From: Zootoca vivipara
Taxonomy: Eukaryota
Direction of reading: 5' to 3'
DNA: 64,000 bases
Assembly: GCF_963506605.1 (NCBI RefSeq)
Contig: NC_083280.1
Coordinates: forward strand, 23,746,001 to 23,810,000
Under the pieces are notes generated by a model that saw only the letters and a program-made list of their open reading frames with translations, ran no database searches and was not told the DNA's origin. The position numbers were made by a program, and so were the translations under genes. Of this stretch, positions 13,558-25,271 are shown piece by piece. Each line of letters begins with the position of its first letter. Positions within the stretch are counted from its first letter, which is position 1.

Positions 13558-13980
13558 TGTTATGCTGCAGTGAGTATGTCAGAGCTTCAAATTAGATCCG
13601 CAGCTCTCCGAGGTGGATTTTTTAAAAAAATAAAAAAAAATTGTTTCAGCAATCAGTTTGGATACTAGTCTATTGAATCCTAAATTGAGGATTTATTTCA
13701 GTGAAACCTTCCTTAGAATTGACTCCCAGGATTTATAGCGAGCCAAACCTTTGACCAGATTGAAAAGCAATATTCTCAGGTTCTCTATACCAAATATGTT
13801 TCTTATGACATTCAGTATGTTCACCTGCTTTCTTAAAATAATAAAAGGCCAATACAAGTGCTTTTAAATTGCTCCCTATGGTAACTGTTCCCTGTAGCAG
13901 TGTGGATCTGGCAATTTTCTGTACACAGCAAAAACTGCATGCATGCAAACATACCGTTGCATGCCACCCCAATCTCTGAG

Positions 13981-14468
13981 TGGTGCAAGATTCAAGGGGT
14001 TCCAGGCGCTTATCCAGGGTTTGCATTTCCTTTGGAATGCGGGACATCAGAGACTGTTGTGTCTTTATGATATACGGTTATTTACACATATACGACCTGA
14101 GCCTACGTTGGAGGGGTTCACAGCCTCAACACATCAGTGGGGTCTTGTTTCTCCCATAGCAACAGCCTCCAATTCCAACAGAAATCAGGCACGACTCTGT
14201 CTTCCAGCTGCCCAGGCTGCAGTCTGCCAGCTTTTAGCTTGCACACACACAACTGCCAGTGCCGGCCTTTGTCTTTCTAAATACCAGCGAGTTGAGGGAA
14301 GCGGATCCCACCCATTTGCCAACTGACAAGGAACCATTTCCTTTGTTACCTTAATGGTCTGTACTTAGAGGGCCATTACCTCAGTGGGAAGATAGCCTGG
14401 CTATTCCAGGTATTGAATCTGTGCTGGAACCAAGAATTAGAAGGAACTCATAGACATTCAACCTAACA
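13981..14468 (-). mobile_element. Possible solo LTR
   Basis: TG...CA ends (minus strand TGTTAGG...CACCA) and a polyA-like AAATAA on the minus strand near 14080. No TSD found. Confidence 0.35.
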
Positions 14469-14531
14469 CACACAGAGAGAGAGAGAGGGGAGGGGAGAGA
14501 GACACACACACACAAACACAGAACAAAATAC

Positions 14532-15036
14532 TCTTCTTCTTCTATCTTCTTTGGCGATCACTCATATCCGAGTAAGATTGTCTTCCATAAACACGGTTTT
14601 AACAATGGGTCCGTAAGTGACTGTGGAGGCCAATTTTGGATCCACACCTCCTTCCACAGTGGGGACATTGGTTTCTGGGCGGGAGTTGCCAAGTGCACCT
14701 TCCTCTTAGCACATTTTCCCCTTGCGTCCTGAGATCGAGTGTCTTCAAAGCCCATGACACCTTTGGTAAAGGCTGTTCTCCAACTGGAGCGCTTGCAGGC
14801 CAGTGTTTCCCAGTTGTCAGTGTTTATACTACATTTTTTAAAGATTTGTTGCCCACCAGCATTACGCTTTCCATTTTTAAGTTTGGAATAGAGTAGTTGC
14901 TTTGGAAGACGATCATCAGGCACAACATGACCAGTCCAACGAAGTTGATGTTGAAGAATCAACACTGGTGATCTTTGCTTCTTCCAGTACACTGATATTA
15001 GTTCGCCTGTCTTCCCAAGTGATACCACAATCATGG
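14532..15036 (-). mobile_element. Older RTE-clade LINE 3' fragment (non-BovB)
   Basis: Translates to QLRWTGHVV-PDDRLPKQLLYSKLKNGKRNAGGQ, with (GAA)n tail. Shares its 3' end with 24002-24725. Confidence 0.85.
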
Positions 15037-15108
15037 CCACTTATTCATGCACATAAGCACTGGGACTGAATTTCTTGTGTTTCATCTGGAGAAGCAAGAA
15101 GAGAAATA

Positions 15109-15394
15109 CAGTGGTGCCTCGCTTAACGAATGCCCTGCTTAACGAAATTTCCGCTGAACGAAAGGATTTTTCGAGCGTAGGTTGCCTCGCTAGACGAATT
15201 CGTTTTATGAAAAATTTGTCTAGCGAATAGCGGTTTCCCATAGGCATGCATTGAAATTCAATTAATGCGTTCCTATGGGCAAAAAAAATTTTTGAAAAAA
15301 ATTCAATGCATTCCTATGGGATTCTCTAGATGAATTTTTCGTTATAAGAAAAGACCCGTGGAACGAATTAAATTCGTCTAGCGAGGCACCACTG
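15109..15394. mobile_element. Tigger/pogo-like MITE
   Basis: TA|CAGTGGTGCCTCGCTTAACGAAT ... ATTCGTCTAGCGAGGCACCACTG|TA. Confidence 0.88.
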
Positions 15395-18300
15395 TATATG
15401 TGATGTACAGGGCCAGTTCTACCATTAGGCAGAGTGAGGCAGATGCTTTATGTAGGGAGGTGAAAGGAACATTGGTGAGATATTGGAAGACAGAGCATTG
15501 TGCGTCCTGTACCTCCTAAGCTAGCTAGCTGCCCCCCCCCCCCAGAGCCATCACAAGAAGCTGTCCAGCACTGGAAGTAAGATTCAGAAACTACCAGTCT
15601 TGTTAGGATGTGAAGTTATCTTTTCCAGGGTCAGCCCTAAGCAAAATCCATTGGGGAAAGGGATATACCAGGCTGTTTTGCTGCACTGCTTTCAAGAGGT
15701 GAAGCTCTCTCTACTTTTTCTATATGGAAGGTTCACACACTTGCAATCTAACACCGTACAATCCAGGGGCACTTTTACCACCTCACCTGCTGGTTTGTGT
15801 AGACCAGGCCACGTAAGTTTTCATTCTGAATTTGCTCCAAAATTCACTTACTTGAAACCTGCTGACTGTTCTGTTCTCCAAACTGGGCAGACTACCAGCG
15901 TTTTACGATTTCCACTGCTTCCATTTCCTATGATGGAGAAAGCAGGCGTCGTATTTTGAGCTCTGGGGGATGTTAAAGGCATCACTGAGAGCAGGGTAGG
16001 CACACTCCTTCTACAATGAACTATTCTTGGGCTATTGCACTACATCATGGGAACAGGAAGGCTCTGACTTTTCTTTATAGGATGCAAGACAGTTATTAGC
16101 TAGCCTAACCTGGTTACCATGCTAAAAAATACTATGCAGGCATGCAGGTGGGGAGCTGGCTGAGGGCAGACTGAAGTTGCTGGGGCAGTGCCCCATTTCC
16201 CCTATGTACCAGCCTCTTTTGGGCATGGTATGAGCCAAGCCACTGAGGGAGGGGTGACTCAGCTTTGTCTTAGGCACCGAGTCCTAGAATGCACCTGTGA
16301 CATTATTCCAGGTGAAGCAGCACCAAGGAAAATCTATATTGCACACACCCCCTCCCAGTTTGAACTTATACCGGTAGTACACATCTGCACATTGATGACA
16401 AAAAGTCATAAAAAGAGGGGGGAGGCATTTAATTTTCCTTGCTTGCTTAGCAAGTAGCTAAGCAAGTTAAGGCTATGTCTCAACAGGTGTTACTTGCAAG
16501 GAATAGGGCAGGCAATCAGCAGCATCCAGCAGAATGGATGAAAATAAATAAATGGGGAGACAGAGGTGGGACAGGGTGAAGAAAGGATAGGAAGAGGGAG
16601 CAGCAGCAGCTGTGGAATGACCGGGGGATGCTGTTAATGTGGGGTGAAGGAGGTCCTACCCTGCTGTCTCCCCTTCCCCTACACACTTTTGCAAAGTGGG
16701 CCTCCAGAAAAACTATTTGCTGGCCAGGGTCTTGACATGTATTTGGAGGTGAAATGTGCTTCTTGGCAGGCACTAAATTAAAAGCACATTCAACTACTCA
16801 AATAATGCACCTGCTGACAGTGGCCTGGTGTACAACTTGAAAATGGTTAGCCTGGTTTCTCTTGAAGAAATGCAGTGTAACTGTAGGCCCCTGTTTGTGA
16901 ATTTCAAAGTGAAAAAGTAGCATTAAGTCTTCCTAGGATGGAGCAATCAATGCCATGTCACAGACTGGAGTAGCATCATTTTAGCACTCCGGACAGGCAC
17001 AAAATTGCTCCTGGCAATGTTTAGGTTTAGGCCAGGCCTAGGCAAACTCTGCCCTCCAGATGTTTTGGGACTACAATTCCCATCATCCCTGACCACTGGC
17101 CCTGTTAGCTAGGGATCATGGAGTTGTAGTCCCAAAACATCTGGTTTAGGCTGTCAGGCTATGCTGAGTCACAAAAAATTCAGGACACCAGTAGGACTAC
17201 AAAACTAGATAGGACTTTAAGCACGTGATTCAAACCGACACATAGAATGGTCATATCTTATTGTTTACTAAAAGCAGCCCAGGAGGGGCTGTGATTCAGA
17301 TTGGGAATACAGCACAGGGGAGGGTACTAAACTTTCCAACCATGTCATTTTTCTACTGACACCCAACCCCATATACAAGCTGCTATTTTTATCAACTTCA
17401 AAACATTTAAACTTGTTTTGGGGGTGATTTCCAAGGGTTTGGGGTAGAAAGCAGTAGAATCCTTTGCCAATGCCATGCAACAATGTATGCAGACATGCAT
17501 AATCTATCATGCTAGCTAGCCCCAAACAAGCAGCTTTAGTCTGCAATCCTATATCCAATTACCTGAAAGTAGGCTTCATTAATCTCATTGAGAGTTGCTT
17601 CTGAGTTCATATAGGATCATGCTGCTAGTGTGTTGCGCTTATCATTCATTAAACCATCTTAACTCTGATAGCATCCAAGTACTTAATCTTAATTGATTTG
17701 TGGACTGAACTGTCAATGACTTCCACGAACCATTCCAAAAGCCACTGGAGTCTTACTTTTAAATGCCACCTGGGATTATGTAAGTTTATAACATCAAAGG
17801 AATGCGATTCAGTACATCCTCCAGATCATAAGCATCTGCTACCCCTATTATCGTTGACCCCATGTAGCTCTTAATGATCAGAACAGAATGGGACATTTGT
17901 GAGTTGTAGAAAAACTATGGGCGTTTATTACTTCCATTCTGTCTCAAGTCAGTTTGATCTGTTCATAATTTCAGAAGGGCTCCTGCCCTTTTGCTTGGAT
18001 CAGCCTGGAATAACAAACCTTTCAAGTTCGCTAACTTCCCTAATACAAGACAGATTGTGGTCAACAGGGTGGCAGTTTCATGGAAACCCAAGCATGCAGG
18101 TGATGTGCCCTGGTCTCAGTTCAGTTTGTTGTTTTCCTGACTCCATGTGGAGTTATGCAACTACCTATCCCAACAACAATAGGTGTTTTCAATTGCCACA
18201 TACTGAAAAAACCAGGATGGCTTGCAGAACAATGTGGAGCCGTGATGACTTTCATTCTGTTACGGATGAGCAGCAATGGTTGCATTTTGAATGCTTCAGA

Positions 18301-18640
18301 TGTTTTGTGGGAAGCAGCACACAGGAGGGTTGCATGATGAGGTGCTTGGAGGAAGCCACACAAGCAGAAAACCACCATAGTATTTCAAATCTAATGAACA
18401 AACCAGACAGAAACTCAGTAAGCTTCTTGAAATAGAACCAATTTTTAAAAACAACATGTTGAACGGATGAGGTTAGTGAATGTCTTTCAGTGCTCCCTTT
18501 GGTGGACGATGTATGTGATTCACACCTTACCTGTGAATTCATACATAGATCACAAAGAACAATGTTGCAAATGGAAAAGGAAACAAAACCAAACAGCCCC
18601 GAGAACTTGTGATGAAGGGTGGTAAATAAATTTTAATTTT

Positions 18641-18662
18641 GAAGAAGAAGAAGAAGAAGAAG

Positions 18663-18694
<32 letters not shown>

Positions 18695-18713
18695 GAAGAA
18701 GTAGAAGAAGTAG
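18641..18713. repeat. (GAA)n microsatellite
   Basis: Direct reading. Confidence 0.95.
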
Positions 18714-19012
18714 TTTTGTTGGTGATATGGAAAATTACTTTGGATCCAGATGTTACAGAATGCATGTGTGTGTTTGTGTGTATCCCACCTTTTCTCCAAG
18801 ATGCTCAAGATGGCAGGCTAAGTGTGTTTCCTCTTTACTCTCACAACAACCCTGGGGGTAGGTTTGAACAAAACCTAGTAACTGGCTAAAATCACCCGGT
18901 AAGCTAGGGATGGAGGACCTGAAGCCTGGGGCCAAATGTGTCCCTCTCTATCTGTGCCTTGAACTCTACACAGCCCATACCCCTTCTGCAGCCACATTCC
19001 TCACCAGCCTTA

Positions 19013-19631
19013 CCGTCTTTCCCCTTTTTTAAGACACCGTCTTATAACTTTTTTTCCTCAAAAAAACACAGGGTGGCTTACTTTCGGTGGGATGTCTTAT
19101 TTTTTTTATTACCGGTACAGTTTTTACAGCTCAGGGCGCTGGCTCAGGGCGCTGCTCGGTTCTCTTGAGTGCTCGGCGCTGCAGCAGCCACTGGTTCCGG
19201 GTGGCGGGGCAGCAGGCATCCTAGGCCGGGCCAGGCAGAGGCCGCTGGCTCAGGCGCTCCGCCTGCCGCTGCAGGGCGCTCCAAGCTCCTTGGCCAGGCC
19301 AGGCAAGGAAGAAGCAGTGAGCCCAGCGGTGGCGACAAGCACAGAAGCGGCAGGGCGGCGATGGACGAGAAGGCGGAGCGCGGGGATGCAGCCAGCAAGG
19401 CAGGAGCACGATCAGCTGTTAAGCGGAGCTCTTGGAGCGCCACTTCAGAGCTGATCGCGCTCCTGCAGTGCCAGCTGCATGGAGTGACTCTGAGTGGAGG
19501 TGCCTGTGGGGGTTGGTTTCCGCGGAGCGGAAGTATGGCTTATTTTGGGGGTATGTCTTATATTTCTCAAATGCTTAAAAACCCTGCCATGGCTTACTTT
19601 CTGACTACGTATTAAAAAAGGGGAAACAGGG
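19013..19631. mobile_element. Non-autonomous Tc2/pogo-like element with GC-rich interior
   Basis: TA|CCGTCTTTCCCCTTTTTTAAGAC ... GTATTAAAAAAGGGGAAACAGGG|TA. Termini resemble those of 5127-6068 in opposite orientation. Confidence 0.78.
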
Positions 19632-19934
19632 TACTTTGTACTCTCCCCGAGTGCTTTTGGCCTGGCTGGAATGTGTACTTACACTCTGGTAATGCTTCCT
19701 GCTTGCCTGGATGAGGATAGAGTGAGTGTATAGGAGCTAACCTACAGTACATAGGTAAGTTCACATTGCTCTGCCCACTTTTACATCTGTCCTCACCCAC
19801 CACTGACACATGGCACCGGGAAGGCTTTCCCAAAGGGGATGTGGCCCTCAGGCTGGAAAGAAAATTTACTTATGATTGTGAATCAATGGCCATTGGAACC
19901 CAAGTCTCCTCAACCTATTTCCAACCCTCTACAG

Positions 19935-20409
19935 CAGTCCCATGGACTGCAAGACGATCAAACCTATGCATTCTTAAGGAAATCAGCCCTGAGTGCTCAC
20001 TGGAAGGACAGATCGCGAAGCTGAGGCTCCAATACTTTGGCCACCTCATGAGAAGAGAAGAATCCTTGGAAAAGCCCCTGATGTTGGGAAAGATGGAGGG
20101 CACTAGGAGAAGGGGACGACAGAGGACAAGATGGTTGGACAGTGTTCTCGAAGCTACGAACATGAGTTTGACCAAACTGCGGGAGGCAGTGGAAGACAGG
20201 AGTGCCTGGCGTGCTATGGTCCATGGGGTCACGAAGAGTCGGACACGACTAAACGACTAAACAACAACAACAGCAGGCATCCCCAAACTGCGGCCCTCCA
20301 GATGTTTTGGCCTACAACTCCCATGATCCCTAGCTAACAGGACCAGTGGTCAGGGATGATGGGAATTGTAGTCCAAAACATCTGGAGGGCCAAAGTTTGG
20401 GGATGCCTG
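19935..20409. mobile_element. Palindromic ~136-bp hAT MITE interrupted by BovB
   Basis: 8-bp TSD CTCTACAG at 19927-19934 and 20410-20417. TIRs CAGGCATCCCCAAACT / AGTTTGGGGATGCCTG. Same family as 40419-40554. Confidence 0.85.
19938..20269 (+). mobile_element. BovB LINE 3' fragment nested in MITE terminus
   Basis: Near-identical to 3705-4040. TSD ACAGCAG at 19931-19937 and 20270-20276. Confidence 0.92.
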
Positions 20410-22303
20410 CTCTACAGTGTCATTCAAACTTGTTTCCCCAGCTGTTGTTGGACTACAACGCCCACCATCCCTAGCTAACAGGACGATCATCAGAGATGAT
20501 GGGTGTTGTAGTCCAACGACAGTTTGAGGAAACACTGCCCTAGCCATTGGACCATGCTGGCTCTCAAAGCAGCACAAGAGTTCTTGAGTGCTGCTTCTGT
20601 GATATCAAGAGGCAGCAGGGCTTTGTTTCAGAAGAGCAGCTTTGCTAGACCCAGTTGATGGGGCAGTTAAGAATAAAAGAGCATAAGAGTAAGTCTTCTG
20701 TGCCACCAGTGGCCAACCAGATGCTTATGGAAAGCCCACAAGCAGGGCATGTTCTTGCTCATGTTCCTCAGCAACTGCTATACAGAGGCACACCATCTCT
20801 GATCAGAGTAGCTCTATTTGCCCTATGCAAAAAGACTCTCTAGTCCAAGCCCAGCTTAAAGGTAAAGAACCATAAGAAGGGCAAATAGCTACCTGACAAG
20901 AGATCTAGATCGAGAGATGTCTAGTATCTAAAGTGCCTATGAGGACTGATTTATAAGGACAGGCCTCTATTCGAATGTTTCCTTTTTTGAAGAGCTGTCC
21001 AACCCAAGTCAATTTCAAAGAACAGCAAGGAGGGGTGAGCAACAGCCTTGAAACCGTCCTTCAACCATTAGAACCTGGATAGCAGATTGCACAGACAGAG
21101 GTCACTTGAGAGTCCACCTCATTATGGATATTTCTAATTAACTAACAGCATTTCTTTCTACATCTGCACCTATGCAACAAATTAGCATGTTTCAGCAAAT
21201 CTAAATGTTATCCAGTTGCAGATCTCATGAAAATCCATGTCCACTGTTACCTTCAGTCTGTTCCCCCAGTCTGCTCAGGAGTGAAATGGTAAGGTGCCAT
21301 TTCCCCAACCTCCAAAGCCTCACCAGTGGTGGCGGCGGCGGCTTCTGATGAGATCTTGCCAGAAGCCACAGCTGCATGGTCCTGGTGGCAGGGTGCCCGC
21401 AGGGATGCCAGCCTTCAGGATTCCACCGGAAGCAGCTCATGGGTGAGCCAGTCTGGCTACTGCTGATACTAAAGAGTATTTTCCCCCACCATGGCAATGC
21501 AGTAATGATAAGGAACACCTTCTGGCTTGATCACACAGCTGTAAAAAAAAAGGTACAGAGCTTCATGCCACATAAAAAAACAGGACAGCCCTTTTGGGAG
21601 ACGATCGGTTTTCAGGAGTACCACAGCGATGTAATGTGGTTTCCTTGCCATGTGTTGGTTTTCCTTTTACCAAAATGTGTGAACAAGTTATTGAGCCACC
21701 ACAACAGCTTCCTCGACTCATAAAAGACCATCTGTCTTTATCAGCCCATCTGCAAGATATTAGCAGCACGTACAAATTAGCACAACAAGGAAGACCATCT
21801 CTTGCAATCTCTGTTTTCCTCCCCCCCCCTTAAACTCTTTAAACTGACCGGCTAGTACAAACTAGTTGGACTTTTGTGAAAACAAACATACATACAAATA
21901 TATATAGCCATAATTTAAACAAAAACAATGAAATGGAAAATTGGTTTTTCAGATGATCTTCTTAAAACCCCAAATCGTATACATACAATATTCTAACAGT
22001 TTGTACTAAGTGGAAACTAAGTTCATGGAAAATTGCATTGGTTCTGGATGGGGCTTTGTGTATATGTTTATGTTCTGCACTGTGTGAGCAAAAAAAGTTG
22101 GTTTTCTTTTTGGCTTGAAAAGGGGGAAAGTTTGCTGGCTTTCGTTACCCAGCAAGTTTATTTCAAAGACAATCTCGTAAACCTAGGTCAAACATACACA
22201 CATATATTTCTATAAAGCACAGTTTTCTAAACTGTGTGTCGTGACACATTAGTGTGTCAGCTGTTGTGTGTTGGTGTGTTGCGCTCCCTGGGGCTGAAAA
22301 GGG

Positions 22304-22620
22304 GTTAGTGTGGTGTAGTGGTTAAGAGCGGTAGACTCCTAATCTGGGGAACTGGGTTCGCGTCTCCGCTCCTCCACATGCAGCTGCTGGGTGACCTTGG
22401 GCTAGTCACACTTCTCTGAAGTCTCTCAGCCCCACCCACCTCACAGGGTGTCTGTTGTGGGGGAGGAAGGGAAAGGAGAATGTTAGCCACTTTGAGACTC
22501 CTTCGGGTAGTGATAAAGCAGGATATCAAATCCAAACTCTTCTCTTCTTCTTCTTCTTCTTCTTCTTCTTCTTCTTCTTCTTCTTCTTCTTCTTCTTCTT
22601 CTTCTTCTTCTTCTTCTTCT
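22304..22620 (+). mobile_element. tRNA-derived SINE (Squam3-like) with (TTC)n tail
   Basis: Head GTGTGGTGTAGTGGTTAAGAGC...GGGTTCGCGTCTCC (A/B boxes). Near-identical copies at 34041-34289 (-) and 39700-39996 (+). Confidence 0.85.
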
Positions 22621-22645
22621 CTGGTTTGCTAGTGAAACTGAATTA

Positions 22646-23009
22646 AAGGTTAAGGGACCGACTCTGGGGTTGCGGCACTCATCTCGCTTTATTGGCCGAG
22701 GGAGCCGGCGTACAGCTTCCAGGTCATGTGGCCAGCATGACTAAGCTGCTTCTGGCGAACCAGAGCAGCACACAGAAATGCCATTTAGCTTCTGGCGAAC
22801 CAGAGCAGCACACAGAAATGCCATTTAGCTTCCCGCCGGAGCGGTACCTATTTATCTACTTGCACTTTGACTTGCTTTTGAGCTGCTAGGAGCAGGGACC
22901 AAGCAATGGGAGCTCAGCTCACCCCGTTGCGGGGATTCGAACCACTGACCTTCTGATCAGCAAGCCCTAGGCTCTGTGGTTTAACCCACAGCGCCACCCG
23001 CTGAACCCG
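22646..23009 (-). mobile_element. Sauria SINE (lacertid POM type)
   Basis: Minus strand CGGGTGGCGCTGTGGGTTAAACCACAGAGCCTAGG...GGTTCGAATCCCCG...GTAGATAAATAGGTACCGCTCCGGCGGGAA...CCCCAGAGTCGG...ACCTTT. TSD CTGAATTA. Internal perfect 40-bp tandem duplication at 22748-22827. Confidence 0.9.
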
Positions 23010-24001
23010 CTGAATTACTGTGTCGCAAAATGATGCACGTCTAAAAAGTGTGTCACCAACATGAGAAGTTTAGAAAGCTCTGCTATAAAGTATTATACAT
23101 ATCAGCAAATGCATTCAGAAACAGATTAACCCCTTGACAGCCATGATATTGTTTAAATTACCCAAGTTCCTCGTGCTAAAATGTTTCATGAAAGGAATAG
23201 GAAAGTGGGATACTAAGAAGCTGGAAGGGCCTTTGTTCTCTCTGTGTGTCTGGAAAGAGATCAGCACTAAGAAATCCAGAGGTTATGCAAGGTCCCCCGC
23301 TAGACGTGGCAGGGGAACAAAAATAGATCTAAAGGGCAGAGAATGCTGAAAACAAGTAAAAGAAACAAGGCAGAAATGTCTCGTTATAACACATTTTAAC
23401 AGAAGACTCTTTATGAGGAGTGCAGTTGTTAAATGAAACCAAGAACATGGGAGATTCCACTGGCTCAAACATTACATTGGGCAACTCAATTGTTCTAATA
23501 TAGCTTACACCAGGAATCTTTTTCACCCTGGGGGCCACACTTCCTCCAATGCAAACTTCCAGTGGCTGCTTGCCACAGGTGGGTGCAGCACAGAGGCAAC
23601 TCTTAGCTTTTTACAATAGCCCTACCATTATGTAACATCACACTGCCCCGAAGCCACATTTTACACCACAATGACACCTGCACCCATATACAAGAACTGC
23701 ACATAAAAATCTTTCATGCTGTAGTCAACACAAAAGCAGTTTTGATGAAGGAAGCTTGTAACAGGCAAAACGGAAAGAATAAAGGGAGAAAGAGAGAGGG
23801 GCTTCTGCTAATACACTTTCACTAGAAGTGTTTTCCATTGGCATACTGGTGCACAGGATTTAGTGGTCCTGAGTATACACCATTAAGAATAGAAAGGGTG
23901 CTGAATAGAGTCAACATCCTCCTAGTTGCCTATTCTCTTTCCAGTAATAGCTAGCCCCATGATCCTAGAGAATCTCCAAGCAGATCATGTAAGCTGCCCA
24001 G

Positions 24002-24725
24002 CTTCTTCCTTCTTTGGCGACCACTCGTTGCCGAGTAAGATTGTCTTCCATGAACACGGTCTTAACAGTGAATCCGTAAGTGACTGTGGAGGCCAATTCT
24101 GGATCCACCCGTCCTTCCACAATGGAGACATAGGTTTCTAGGCAGGAGTTGATCATGGTGAGATTTGCCTTGAGAGCATCTTTGCTTCTTCCAGTACAAT
24201 GACATTAGTTCGCCTGTCTTTCCAAGTGATGTGTAAATTTTTTCGGAGACACTGTTGATGGAATCTTTCAAGGAGTTGGAGATGGTGTTTATAAGTGGTC
24301 CATGTTTCACAAGCGTATGGTAAATTTTGTAGTACAATAGCTTTGTAAACAAGCATTTTGGTTTCCCTGAGAATGTCCCGATCCTCAAACACTCTGTGCC
24401 TCAATTGGAAGAGAGCTGTGCTCACAGAGCTCAAGGAATGCTGCATTTTAGCATCAATGTCGGCCCTTGAAAGATAACTGTCGAGGTAGGAAAAGTGATA
24501 GACATTTTCCAACATTACACCATTAAGTTGGACTTCTGGCACTGCAAAGGAGTTGTTTTGTGCTTGTTGCTGCAACCAACTTTGGGGTTGTTGGTTTTTT
24601 ATATTGAGCAATAAGCCAAGCTTTCCATAAGCTTCTGTGAAGATATTTAGGATGGTTTGGAGGTCATCCTCTGAGTGTGCACACACTACATTGTCATCAG
24701 CATAATGAAGCTCTATGATGGAAGT
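24002..24725 (-). mobile_element. Older RTE-clade LINE fragment with internal deletion
   Basis: ELHYADD RT motif, FSYLDS, YACETWT, and C-terminal C2H2-like CLHCGRTGGSRIGLHSHLRIH. Frameshifted and degenerate. Confidence 0.88.
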
Positions 24726-25220
24726 TATGGTAACCGTAACCCCCCCAGCAACTGGTATTGAGGAGCATTCTGCCATTCTACTTAGCTATCATGGCTGTTG
24801 ATATAGACATAGATACTCCATGAATTTGTCTAACCCTCTTCCAAAAAACACTACACATCATATGACAGGAAATCCCACAAGTTTAGTTGCACATTGTCTG
24901 AAGAAATACGTTCTATTGCCTGTCCCAAATCTACTGTCAATTAGTTTTCTTAGGGGGGCCCTGATCGCAGGGAAGCAGGGAATTATAGGAAATGAATAAA
25001 TAAATTTCGCAAATGAGTATCTAGTATTCTTTGGATATAATCGCCCCAACCTACTATTGCTTCCCAATATTTTATTTCTGAAAGTTTACTGTTCTTTGGA
25101 GAATGCGGTATGTATAATCCGATCACACTTAATGAGCTTTAACCCAATGGTGAGTTAATTCTCACATTCACCCTCTGCACAACGTCTGTTCAATAAATAG
25201 CAACACCTAGGGCAAATTTA

Positions 25221-25222
<2 letters not shown>

Positions 25223-25269
<47 letters not shown>
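25223..25269. repeat. (GT)n microsatellite
   Basis: Direct reading. Confidence 0.95.

Positions 25270-25271
<2 letters not shown>

Larger units (their letters stand above)
22218..23082. mobile_element. hAT-type MITE hosting two SINE insertions
   Basis: TIRs CACAGTTTTCTAAACT / AGTTTAGAAAGCTCTG. 8-bp TSD CTATAAAG at 22210-22217 and 23083-23090. Confidence 0.85.

Noticed and set aside
17899-18435. 178-aa ORF in unique sequence
   Set aside because: GTG start, Cys/Trp/Ser-rich composition typical of non-coding frames, no motif recognised. It cannot be fully excluded as an exon.
21761-21772. TAGCAGCACGTA, a 12-nt match to the miR-16 5' end
   Set aside because: The rest of the mature sequence diverges and there is no complementary arm.
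22304-22375. tRNA-like sequences with A/B boxes (also at 22.9, 34.2, 39.7 and 59.6 kb)
   Set aside because: They are SINE heads continuing into SINE bodies and tails, not tRNA genes.
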